This document shows positions 1 through 11,122 of a DNA stretch of 43,919 nt, piece by piece; positions within the stretch are counted from its first letter, which is position 1; each line of letters begins with the position of its first letter. This DNA is from Klebsormidium nitens (Eukaryota > Plantae > Klebsormidiophyceae): assembly GCA_000708835.1 (NCBI GenBank), contig DF237631.1, forward strand, positions 1 to 43,919. Reading direction: 5' to 3'. Below the pieces are notes generated by a model. That model was not told where the DNA came from. It saw only the letters and a program-made list of their open reading frames with translations, and ran no database searches. The translations under genes and the position numbers were made by a program.

Positions 1-169
1 TGACCACCATGTGCTAAATACCAAGAGTAATCACCACTCGAGTAAACTCACCATGGGACGGCCGACATAACGTAGCTCCTCGCCACCCAATCGTCGATAT
101 CAAACGATCGATATTTGGGCCTAACAGCTATGCACATTGGAGCGTATCCACACAATAGTATTACCCTAG

Positions 170-690
170 ATTCAAAACCCCACCTTCATGTCATCCGTTC
201 TTCAGTACGCAAATCCGAACTCCTTACGGGCCACCCTCTTGTGCAAATTGATTGATAACGTCGACGTATTTCGGTAGATGTGAAACGATTGGATGCTTTG
301 AAGACCGTATTGCTCCTTGGTTGTCGCAATAGATCTAAACCGTTCCAAGGTTCAGTCCCATGTCTCCCCTCAAGGCGAAATCACCACCTGTGACGCATTC
401 AAGCACTCCACCGTCCACGCTGCCACCGTGGTATGCAGACGGCTTGACCAAATCACGGCCTCGCAAACTTGAAAAGACGTACCTTGTCGTGGACCGCCTC
501 GGATTAGCGTACCCCGCAAAATCCGCATCGCAAAATCCAAAAAACAATTGTCGCTCCTCTTCAAGGTAGTCCCGGCCTCCCCTCGTCCGAGAAAGTAACG
601 CACCACCTCGAGCGCGGCACGGTCAAATGCTTGCGAATTTCAATCTCACACTCGATTGATGTGGCAATTATCGTCGATACCGTGTAGGAT
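170..690 (-). mobile_element. Decayed Ty1/copia retrotransposon fragment A (RT C-terminus and RNase H)
   Basis: Minus-strand translations give VVRYFLG (cf. copia KRVLRYLKGT), GFCDADFAGYANPRRSTTRYVF (RNase H start, cf. GYCDADWAGDxDxRRSTTGYVF) and, at ~180-290, KYVDVINQFAQE/VARKEFGFAY*RTDDM (cf. KHIDVxHHFVRERV). Frameshifts and stops are present, and the fragment may continue past the window edge. Confidence 0.8.
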
Positions 691-719
691 CCATAAAAGT
701 TGTCGATGTATGGGACCAA

Positions 720-810
720 GTGAAATATTCGGATTTACTAAGTGACGTACCGCTGAGCCTACTAGGCTAGCGGTAATGGCATTATGAATAGGTCGTGACT
801 CGGAACACTC
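720..810 (+). repeat. LTR-like fragment in opposite orientation to the copia copies
   Basis: GAGCCTACTAGGCTAG (755-770) matches the reverse complement of 4196-4211 at 15/16. GTGACTCGGAACACT (795-809) resembles the reverse complement of 4146-4160 (GTGAGCTGGAACACT). Confidence 0.45.
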
Positions 811-2049
811 CACTTAGGTACATTGAATAAACTTGATTGACCGAACACCAAAGGAGCCGATGTGTGGTCGTAGCATCCGAATAGCTGTGGACGAACACTT
901 GAGCTGGAGTTAAACCCATTGCTAAGCTTTTCACATATTGCACACCGCCAGGATTGTGGCGCTGTACCTGTGCAATCCTTGGAAGTTTGAAGAAGTTTTG
1001 ACCAGCCGAAGCGTCTTATCGATTGGAACATCCCTTCATGACTCCGGGAAGAACATGACAATCTCAAGAGGCTTGCAATATACAATCAAACGATTTATTT
1101 GAGCGACTTTCTCTGACAATGAAGAAGAAGCTAAAATGTATACAAATAATACTTCGTTACTCTAGCTGTGTGCGCACGCTTTCACAAAAAGCAATTGAGC
1201 AAGCGTGTTGAGAATTTCAGTTTATGGACAAGCTGATTGTGCAACTAGCGGCAGGCTCGGCGAACAATTGGACTTGTGGGTCTTTCTTTCAATTTTATAG
1301 GAATTTTTAACTTCTGGCAAGGTGGACTTATGCCTAGCTATTGCATCGACAAGCAACATTTGTCAAAAAATCACGAGCCCGTTGACGCTTTGATCAAGGA
1401 AAGGATCTGCAGACCAATCTCCACAATGTCAAAGGGCTGAGCTAGCAAATTTTCGTACGGGTTGTGTATTTGTCTGGTTTCTAGAAATGGCTCAGTGAGC
1501 TTATGTTATAGTATTGGGACGGGTATGGTTATTATTGTGGTTAGGGTGGGTACGGCTGCGGAGGGGGTGCTTTGTTGGATCTACATATATCAGTGTTATC
1601 GGTGGCTAACCTCAAAATTGGCTGGTTGGTCAGCCTTTAACCTCAACCCTGGAGCATGCTTTTCCACGAAAATCGCTTTTGGTCAAAATCACCATTTGCC
1701 TCCTTTAGCACGATGCTAAGCACTTAGCGATATCCACCATAGACGAAGACACCTAATTCTGTTTCTTATTTCAGCTTTTTACTTTCAACGTTTGTTATGA
1801 GCGAAGAGACTTTTCCACGACCTCGAGATCGTCGAGTTGAGAGTCAGAGTTTGTTTGTCGAGGGATCTTATTGCCGCCTCCATGTCCTCCGTTTTGCACT
1901 ACGCGAATTAAACATCCTTGCTCGCCACGGCGTTGTTGGGAACGAACGATTGAATGACCGTGTTTATACAAAGTTTCAACAAGTTTAGGATAGAAGGCAC
2001 GAATGTTGTGCTATCATCGACTACACATTTAACACTCTTGAATTGGATT

Positions 2050-2277
2050 CAAAGTGTGCACCTTGTGGACTCAGTCCAGCAAGTCCGAAAAATTTCCGTA
2101 GTCAATCACCTACGGCTTAAACTGGACCTATTCATTGCGAAAATACGTCATTCGGGTGTAACGCTTCAACCAGCTCGTTTTAACCACATAAACTAATTTA
2201 CAGGTTATCGTGGAGCTTTCGTCGACGTCATCACAAGTTTGCGCACAATAAATGCTTGATTCTCCAAACTCTCCCCC
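2050..2277 (-). repeat. Polypurine tract and putative 3' LTR of copia copy B (left boundary not resolved)
   Basis: GGGGGAGAG (minus strand, 2269-2277) lies directly after the RNase H stop and is followed by TTTGGAGAAT (cf. LTR start TGTTGAGAA at 4440). TAAGCCGTA and GTTACA are shared with 4290-4340 at similar spacing. Confidence 0.4.
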
Positions 2278-2280
2278 ACA

Positions 2281-4045
2281 CTAGTCACTTATGCAAGTGC
2301 GATTCCCCGCTTGTACATTTTTGAATCTGCCAAGAGCTAATGCTTTGGTCAGAACGTCCGCCTTCGTATTCTCCTCTTTGCAGTACGTGAAGCCGACATG
2401 CTTTCTCACCTCGAGCTCCCACCCAAGCGGAATGCTGAATTGCGTCAATGCCCTCCGACTTCTGTAGAGAATCGAAAGCTTCAAGAGCCGTATCGCCCTC
2501 TTCTGGTTGGAGTTAATATGGACTGTCCGGATATCCAACCCGAAATCTCCCCTCAGATTGGAACCGCAACGCCTCTTTCCTCGCTTGCGCTGTGCTCAAA
2601 TTCTCCGCTTTCACCGGCGAAGGTGCCGTCATCGGCTACAATCAAGCTCAACCAGCTCACCGCCCTCGTACATTGGTGCCCATCAGAAAAACGTATCCCG
2701 TTGTCAATTGCCTCGTGCCCTGTCACGTGCATTGTCCGTGTCGCAATGATTAAAGACAATATCTCTGCCCTCTCCAAAAGTCACCCCGTCCAAAAGTCTC
2801 CCCATTTTTTGCAAGTATCAGCTTGTGCTCTGTTGTCGGTCCTAACATAAATCGGGCGAGTGCGCCCACTGCCCCTGCGCACAGCGTTAGACTTGGTGCA
2901 CGCTCAAAATTGCGGGGTTCCCACGCACTCATTGTAGAGGAAACCCGTCATGTCAAAGTTCACCAATTTCGCCGTCCCAAAAGGTGCGCTGCAGGCTCGA
3001 GCGCTCGCTAGTCCCTACCGTCCGACTAGCTTCCCCTTCAACTCTTTCTACACGAGCTTTGAAATGCACGCCGTCCTATCGCTTGTCCGCTTCTTTACGA
3101 GAATTACTTCGCCTTTTCTAAGTTGCGGAAGACAAACTCTCCCCTAAGTGCGTTTTTACCCGCCTGATGCGTTCCGCTCCTTGAGCTCCGATGAGCATGT
3201 CTAATGTTGTCCACGCAGCACACCATACCAGCACACCGGATAGTTTCTAGGTAAATCGCCACGTTTGCATTCGACGGCACGAACTTAAACATCTTGAGCT
3301 TCTCTTCTAGGGACCGCATCTCCTCGTCCATCGGCTTTGGTTGGAAGTCAGACTTTTCCTTCCCATTAGCATTGCTAATAACGGTTGCGTTTTTGGGTGC
3401 TCCCCAACTTTCGGCTTCGCCGTTAAGTTGGCATTGTTGTCAATCCACCGGTACGCGTCTCCCGTGGGCTAAGTATTTTGGGCAACTGGTGCTTGCATCC
3501 CTGTATCCTCTATCACTTCTTTTGGCTTTGCCTTGCCCTCGCGCGCCAAGGTGCATACTTGCCCTCATTTTGTGACCCTCATTTGAATTGCACACGGCGG
3601 CTATCGTGCGGCCGCAGAAACGAACGCAACATCGTTGCGCAAGGATTCAACCGTGAGCCTTCTCGAACCCCATTTGAACTCGTGTGCCATGCCCCTCCGC
3701 TGTTGAGGAATCCTTCGCGGTATTGACGCCAACCTCGGAGATCCAATCTCTCTCAACTTTCACTAAGTAGACCAGATGCAGGCTTTTTTCTTTGGAAGTT
3801 TTGAGGAATACCTCCCCGTCTACCTGGGTTTGGCAGCTATTCCTTCGAAACATCATCGTCCCAACATCTGTTGCTTGCTTAACGAACCTTGTTGCTACAC
3901 CCGTGGGACATACATGACGTCCCGCGAAATAACAAGACCGTTTTGCGAACAAGTTACTGCGTCGCAGCTTGTTGAGATTGCGCTAGATTTGTGCTATGGT
4001 CACTTGTCATCGGTCTCATCGTATCACCCAACACTCATGCTTACA
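2281..4045 (-). mobile_element. Decayed, internally deleted Ty1/copia retrotransposon copy B (protease, RT and RNase H remnants)
   Basis: In order on the minus strand: WVI..MTSD protease-like remnant (~4005-4040); RDVMYVP/GVATRFVKQATDVG (cf. LxDVLYVPxLxxNLLSV); PMDEEMRSLEE (RT start, ~3330); FKARV; GAVGALARFMLGPTTEH (cf. AVGxLSRFMxxPxxxH); TRQLTTGYVFLMG and AVSWLS; YCKEENTKADVLTKAL (RNase H end). Many frameshifts and stops. About 1.8 kb versus the usual 4-5 kb internal region. Confidence 0.85.
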
Positions 4046-4144
4046 CACGTTGATGGCAGCCATGCATCCTAGCAGAAACACACGAAGCGCCTCACAAGCG
4101 GCTTCCTTTTCTCCACAAACTTCTCGAAGAATGATATATGACAT

Positions 4145-4440
4145 TAGTGTTCCAGCTCACTATTGTCTCACGGATCTCTCCCTCCACTAGGCTCACTAGC
4201 CTACTAGGCTCACTAGCCTAAATCATACACTACTAGGCATACTAGCCTGATGCACACCCACACTCGGTCTTAGCCTTCGATATCCTCATTTACGGCTTAC
4301 ATTGACGGTCCTCTCAACCGCCTAACCTCCAAGATGTAACCGACTTATCGTCGTGCACGCACGCCGGCGCTCACTAGTCCAAATCCTAGCTCTGGCCGCA
4401 TCAAAGGAATTCGGCCGACTATGATAACATTTTCTCAACA
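4145..4440 (-). repeat. Putative 5' LTR of copia copy B, with internal CTAGCCTACTAGGCTCA repeats
   Basis: Begins TGTTGAGAA on the minus strand at 4440 (canonical TG start) and lies just upstream of the protease remnant. Contains repeated CACTAGGCTCACTAGC units (4185-4250). Shares short blocks with 720-810, 2050-2270, 35320-35490 and 43830-43880. Confidence 0.45.
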
Positions 4441-7207
4441 CAGCTCAACCGAGCCGCTCCTTTCCGCCTATGATACCCTACAAGTCTTTTCAATCATCTT
4501 AAAGGCCACTTTCTTTTGCGAGTCTCCCCCCTTTTCAGCTCTGAGTTCAACTTACCCGGATTGGTACAATCTACTATTTTAGGTAAGGATTTTGACTGAA
4601 ATGGGTAGATATTTACGCTTCGGCCGTTGAAACAAGTTGTAGCATGTCATGACATGATGATAACTATATGTGTTGCGAAAATCATCGAAATCCGGCCAAA
4701 ACGACTTACAAAAGAAGAAATATAAATGGGTGCTAGCACGACATCTAAATGAGTTCTACTAACCGCAGAGTGTCCTCAAGCAACCGCTGGATGGCGCGTT
4801 GACCACTTCATTCATTGATTGAGTAAAGTGTGCCTTATGCTTCAACTATCGGAGGTCTTAAAGTTTAGAGCTTATTCTTTGTTCGTCAACAAATCCTTCA
4901 AGCAACGCATTTTTTGGCTAGCAGTAGGCTAGCATTTCAACGCCTTTAACATCGACGTTTGCCATCACATACGAACGGTTTCAATGAAATCGGTCATCCA
5001 ATGAACTCCCTAATTATTCCCTTTTTTTTTCAAATCGTATGATTTCTAAACTCTTTCTGGTTGTTAAAATATACGAGAAGAATGTTACATCCTAAAGCAA
5101 TTTGAGCATAGGCTAACGTGATTGCACCCCGACAATTTATAACAAAGATTGTCTCTAACCGTGGAACTATCCGCCAAGATTTTATGTAAAGCACGACAGA
5201 CGCTCACAAACGAGTATAGGCAAACGTCTTTTCAAGTTCTATTGGTAAGACCGAGACGGTTGACACAAGTGGTAATAAGCGACTATTATATGTTTTATAT
5301 TGCAAAGACGAACGTACGCTTATACATCGACTCACTTGGGGAATACTTTTGAGATCTGGAGAGAAAGCTCCGGCCGCGGCCGCCATTTCATTCATTTCAT
5401 CGCATGTGCGCTTCCACCACTATTTATGTTGTCTTTTGCCGAGAATCGTTACAAACTTTTGTAAGCGCAATGCATTTAGAAATATTGAGTTTTGCTTGTG
5501 ATTCGATCCTTGGCACGTTCCAGAGCCCATATCTTACCCATAATGGTGCTTATGCAATTCCTTGAATGAGCAATAATGCATCAAGCAGAGAGGGTGATGC
5601 GACCAAAACATTGTCAATTATACAACATGTGTTGCACGCGTGCTCAAGTTAGATATGGAATCATATAGTTTGAGAATATGGCAAAGGCACATGTGAAGGT
5701 GCTCTTAGATTTAAGCCTGACTGTTCCGAGCCACTTTGTGAAGGCCCGCGCAGAAATTTGCATTTCCTAAATGGAATTGGATGATGCTACTGAGCTGAGT
5801 CCCTGTATAACTGAAAAGCGGCCAACAAGAAAAATGGTCAGCTTCGAAGCGCTCGCCAAACGCCGTTAGACTTCCCTTGGAGTTAGAGTAACAAAGCACG
5901 AATGCCTCTTGACGCTTAACGCAACTTCAGTTGACGATACAACTCGGTTTCACACACTACCGGCCCGTAAACTGTACCTCAGTCGATTTGCTCGATTGTA
6001 TAGATTGCTCAATGTTGCGGGCAGGCCGGCCTCGCCAATTGCACCAAACGAAATACAATGCTAGGTGCATATGTTCTCATTGGACCTTAAGTTTGGTCCT
6101 TTGTACGTTGTCTGATAAACGCCTCTTTTTCAAGTCGTACTTTATATAATCATAGAATGGTATGAGATTGTTGTACGGCGGGGCTGCAGATATGAAATGA
6201 AAAATCACATTGACGGTAATGCGAGAATACGACGACTGGCTGCAAAGGTAGATGTGCTACTTGTGGCAAATATACCGTGGCATCATGAACCATACTCAGC
6301 GTCACACAACCTAGACAATCATGCTTGAAGCACCATGAACTACGATCTGACACTGCTAAGCTTAAAACTAGCTTTTCAATAACATCATGAGACGATTTCA
6401 TGCATGGCTTTCAAGCAACCTTGTGTATATGGTGCATTCGTCATCGATGATGCGCGCATATTGCCATGCAGTAGCTGAGCCGCATTGGGAGAGAAAAAAA
6501 CAGAGGCTACAACCATTTGTAATAAATCACAAGATACATGTGTTTGTAGATTTGTAATGATCAATTTGGGGGTTTTGCGGGCCAGCTACGATGTATTCGT
6601 CGCAAGCACGCCTATCAACGCTTCCGCATCCGCGTACATATTGACGGACAAGGCTCGGTCAAGATTCCACGGACAAACGGACACAGGGAGGATTGGCAGT
6701 CTCCCCCCCCTTCTCCCCCCCTTCTCCGGATTGCATGTCCCACGTCCTTTAAATATGCGGAGCATATACTGCCTACTAAATATGTGAATCCTGGATGGCG
6801 CGCCTTGCTTTTGAAAGCATGTGTTACGGTGGACCTACATGATCTAATGTCAGCAGCTGATTAAGATTAGCCCGGGGGTGATGAAACATATTTTGAAGAA
6901 GGCATGCAATCTCTCAAATAGGTCCATTCTGAGTTAAGGAGCCCGTCAAAAGCTCCATCAATAAATCTGCGAATCTTCTTTTGTTCGCTTCACCGAGTAC
7001 GTTTCTCGATTCCCTTGGTTCCACCCCTTAAAAGCTTGCCGACGAATCCTAGGCGCTTGCCAAACTAGCTATCACATTGAAACTGCTAGGATTGTACGAG
7101 AGGTGACCTAAACAGGCTCCCACTATGAAATGAGTATTGGTTCATAAAACTCCCTAGCCCTTTCAACTCTCCGGTCGACGTCTCACAGTGAATGGATGGA
7201 TTACTCA

Positions 7208-10073
7208 TTACACCCGTTGGAACCAGTTTTGCGCGTATTGTAACGGGGTATTGATGGCCGGCACCATTTGGAGAAGGGGCTGCACCCGCTGTTGGATGGC
7301 CGCCCATGACGCGCGGTGGTTGAAGGACGTGGGCGGGGCGTGGTACATGATCTTGAGGAGGTTCCAGTAGACGAAGAGTTGGACGAAGCTGCGTTGTGGC
7401 CTGCCACAAGAACGCAACAATAACAATTTTGAAGTGAGCGGCTTTCGATCCACAACGCGACTGTGCCGTCATGGGGCGAGCAACAACTTGCGTGCGCGTG
7501 CAGCAGAAGGCTGGTGCAACATCCGCATGGAGCATTCTTCCGTCAAGGCACGCAATCCTCCCGATTGCAAGCCGGCCTCGCCGCCATGCAGCATGTGCAC
7601 AGCGGCGAAGCGCGTCCTCACGAGAGCAGCTGGAAGAGGAGCGAGAAGCCGACCCCGATCTCCGCGTTGGCCTGCAGCAGCCGCGCCTGCGCTGCATGCT
7701 GCTCGAGCCACGTGCAGGGACCGCTGAGGTACCGCCTGCACGCGCACAAGAGCCGCTCAGCACGACAGGGGGCTGGGGGGCAAGGCGCGACCGACGCGGT
7801 TGCTGATCATGCTCTGTTGGGCAATGTACGGGGTTGGTATCTGTGGCGATGGGGTGGGCGGGGCGGAGGGGTCACCTGTAGAGCTGCGCCTGCCCGAAGT
7901 TGCGCTGCAGGTGGGCCGCACTGTGCAGCAGCGCGGGGATGGCCACGGGGACCACGGCCACTGCACACAGCGACAAACGGAGAGAGCTGAGGGAGCCGCG
8001 GCGAGCCAGAAGACGGGACGCAAACATGCTGTAAAGGTGGAGCGTCCGGGGTACAGCGGCGGTGCGGAAAATGGAGAGAGAAATGTTGCTTTTCAGCGAC
8101 CCAGCCTTTTCGTTGAGCACCGCCGGGTGGCAGCGGCTTGCCGGGCGTGGCCTGGCTGGGTGGGCTCACTGGTGAGCACGGCCGGGCTGGTGAGGAAGAC
8201 GAAGCAGTAGAGCGCGGCCAGGAAGGGCGCCGTGGCCAGGCACCCCACCAGCCACGCGCGCACCCCGCCCAGGTTCCACGTACGCGGCAGCTGCAGCAAC
8301 GGGGGACACACAGAGCGTGGGGTGACGGGAAACAACGGGCACAGGCCAGGGGGGAGGAGGGGCAGCAGACGGGGCCGATGCTCCAACGAGTGCTGCCCCA
8401 CAGTACGAAGGCCCCGCAGGCAATGAGGGCCTGCGGAGATCATGGCAGGGGGTCAGTTGGGCGCTCACCCCTGTCTGCAGGACGAGGGCGGCCAGGCTGG
8501 CGGCCAGCGCGCCTCCGAGCGCCAGCTTGTAGGCGCGGCGAGCTAGGGCGGCAGGCATGAGCGGAAAGAAGGCCACCAGCCCCATCACCGCCACCTGCGC
8601 AGTGCAGCAGAAAGGGGGGAGGGAGTGAGGAGCAGCGGAGAAAGGGGCGGGGGAGGCTGACAAAAGGGCTGGGCGCAGGGAGGGGATGCGACAGGGGTCG
8701 AAAAGCGGGGCAAATGGGGTGCGGACACTGCGACCCACAGTGAGAGTCGATGCCAGCACTTGGACGTGATGGAGGCAGAGGCTCGCTGGGGGGCCTGGGG
8801 GGTGGCCTCTTGTGCAACCGAAGCTCTGGCTCTGATTCGAGGCAATACCCGCATTGGCCCATTGGGCGAGGCAAGGGGGGAGAAGACGTACCCAGGCGTT
8901 GAGAAGGAAGAGCAGCGTGGCGCGGTCAATGGGCAGGGGGCCCACGCGGGGAGGGAGGCCCGCTGCAGCAGGGGGCGGGGAGGAAGCAGACTGCGCACCT
9001 GGAGTGAAACGACCGGGGGGGCAAGGTGAAGAAGTGCACTGCTGGTCACCGTGTGGAGTGAGTAAGGCGTCGATGGTTGCAATAAGTTTGTGGCATGGGC
9101 TGGAATCGCTCAAAGGGGCACCATCATAGACCACATCCAGCAGCGACATCTTGGCCACCCCCCGGGCCCAGCGTATGGCCAGCTGCTGGGGAGGAGCAAG
9201 CACCCGGAAAGGGCCCCCGTGTTTCCACCAGAGGGGTACCCCCCACCCATCCTGAGTCCCTGGTCATCAGCTGGCCTATCATTGGCTCAACACTTTAATA
9301 AACCTCAAACACCCTGGACGGCCCTTGTTTAAGCACGCACTACAGGGCTGCCCGCATTCTCCTATCTACCAGGGAGTCCAGAATAGTCGCCAACAAGATT
9401 GCTCTTACTTTTCTGTTTGCCCATGTTTGCCAATGACCCATCACTGTGATACATAAAAAGCCAGCGGGCCAGACGAACCTGCCGCGGAGTGGGCTGCAGG
9501 ACGCGGCGCACCGCCGGAGGGGGGCGGGCGAGCAGTGGAGGAGGGGGCGGGGGCGGGGGAGGGCGCGATCACAAAGTCCGGGTCCTGCCACAAAGCCAGC
9601 GTATTTGGGCGCACTTTGATTCTACAAAAGTTACACAGCTTCCCATGCATTGGCCAGTGCCTGCTAGCGCGCACAATGTGGGGATACAAAACGTCTTCAT
9701 GGGGTGGCCGCTTGGAAGCAGCATCGTGGCTTTCATGGAGGGCACAGGGGAGAGTCAATCGGGTGGGGCACACCGACAGGTGCGCAGAGTGCAGGCTGCT
9801 TGATTGTCTCTGGAAGTGTAAACAAGCAGCGCGGATGCACACATTCCTCCACTGTGCGCCACAACCTTAGAGTTGCTCCACATTGGCCCGAGTCTTTCTG
9901 GGCAGCGCCGTTCTCACCACATGCCGTTGGTAGAACTTGGCCTTGTAGCGCGCCAGCACCTGCTCCATGTCGCGCCCCACCGGGATCTCCAGGTTCTGCC
10001 GGTACTGCACCCAGCGGGCGTCCCCCGCAAAGTCATACTCCGAAAATGCTCTTTGCTGTGCGGGACTGGCCAT
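7208..10073 (-). CDS. TMEM33: TMEM33/Pom33-family ER/nuclear-envelope membrane protein, plant-type, 8 exons
   Basis: Exons 9918-10073, 9479-9584, 8892-8962, 8469-8594, 8170-8290, 7876-7960, 7622-7735, 7208-7400. All introns are GT-AG and phases are consistent. Product MASPAQQRAFSEYDFAGDARWVQY..KAKFYQRHVDPD..LLFLLNAW..RAYKLALGG..HLQRNFGQAQLYRRYLSGPCTWLE..NAEIGVGF..QLFVYWNLLKIMYHAP..AQNWFQRV follows the land-plant TMEM33 homologues as I recall them. Confidence 0.9.
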
Positions 10074-10568
10074 GGCCGCTATCTGGCGGCGCCCTCGCCT
10101 CACAATGAAGCGCTCGCCAATCACCACTGATGTCAGCCGCCTGCAACTTAAATTCTTTAGTGACTGATCGGCCAATTCCTTTTCTGATTTAGCGCTCTTT
10201 ATACAAAACGTCGAGTGCCGTGCTTCAAAGTGGCTAGCCCTCTGAAGCTGACCGACTCGAGAACACTCTCGAGAGAACGCGTTCTCTAGCCTAGGTGACC
10301 CTGCACTGGCGGTGTTTTCTGCCCGACAAGCTGTCCTTGCCTTCACTGTCTGTCAGCCTGAAGTTCAGGAGCTTGTGGAACCGGCAGCCGCGCTTTCTTT
10401 CGCCAGACGCGATTTTAGATTTCACGCCGGTCGGCTTGATCCTTTATTATGTACCTATCGAGCGTCAGAGAACCGGTTGCCGGTCAAAGCTACCGCACAA
10501 CAAAGCAAGTTTTAATTAAAGTGACTCAAGGGGGATCACCGAGCTGCAGGGCTGAACGATTATCAATG

Positions 10569-10576
10569 GCGGGAAA
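10569..10576 (-). promoter_or_regulatory. Candidate E2F/DP site (TTTCCCGC) in the TMEM33-POLD2 divergent spacer
   Basis: GCGGGAAA on the plus strand is TTTCCCGC, an exact match to TTTSSCGC, ~550 bp upstream of the POLD2 ATG. Replication genes are typical E2F targets. It is only an 8-mer. Confidence 0.45.
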
Positions 10577-11122
10577 GTCGAGCCAATGCAGCCTGATTCG
10601 GCCTCTTCCTCTCCAGCCTAGCGCTTGCAAGCTGGCTCTGTCTCTTCTGCACAACACGTCTTTTCATAAGGACCGACCTCCGCTCTGCAGCTTGCCCCTG
10701 AATCAAGAGAAGAGACGGGACGTACATGAGGGTCAAACTGCCCACCAGAATCTGCTTACAGGAGTGTGCTGCCAGGCGCTCAATGAACACTTTCTTCACT
10801 TTCTTATGCAAGGAAGAGCGGAAACTTGTTAGAACATCTATTGCTGCTGGGATCTTGAATGCACCCCGCTTGAGCACAAGATGATCATTGCTGCATTGCC
10901 AAGGTCTCTCAGCTGGTGGCTGACGTAGGCAGAACCTCTTCTAGAGGGGTGTGATAACTGGAATCACGTCCCGTGTGTCCGCTTGCCCCGGTGTTCCTAG
11001 GGCATCTGCCCTGAGCGGCACGAGGGTTGTTGAGTTGAGGAGAAGCATCGGCTGGGCAAGCGGCAGCCAACACTTTGGTCCTGCTTGCTTCTTTCAATAG
11101 TGGGAGCGGCGCAGCCTGCGTG

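Noticed and set aside
4500-7080. Hidden low-GC gene between the copia island and TMEM33
   Set aside because: Checked after finding B12D. The short ORFs have no recognisable motifs and I could not assemble a consistent donor/acceptor series.
8166-9203. 345-aa ORF as a standalone gene, or MSLLDVVYDG as the TMEM33 start
   Set aside because: It reads through introns and includes two true TMEM33 exons. The family-conserved N-terminus is at 9918-10073 and splices in phase via 9479-9584.
9520-9570. G-run cluster as a regulatory G-quadruplex
   Set aside because: It is the complement of Pro codons in TMEM33 exon 2, and similar runs are common throughout these GC-rich genes.
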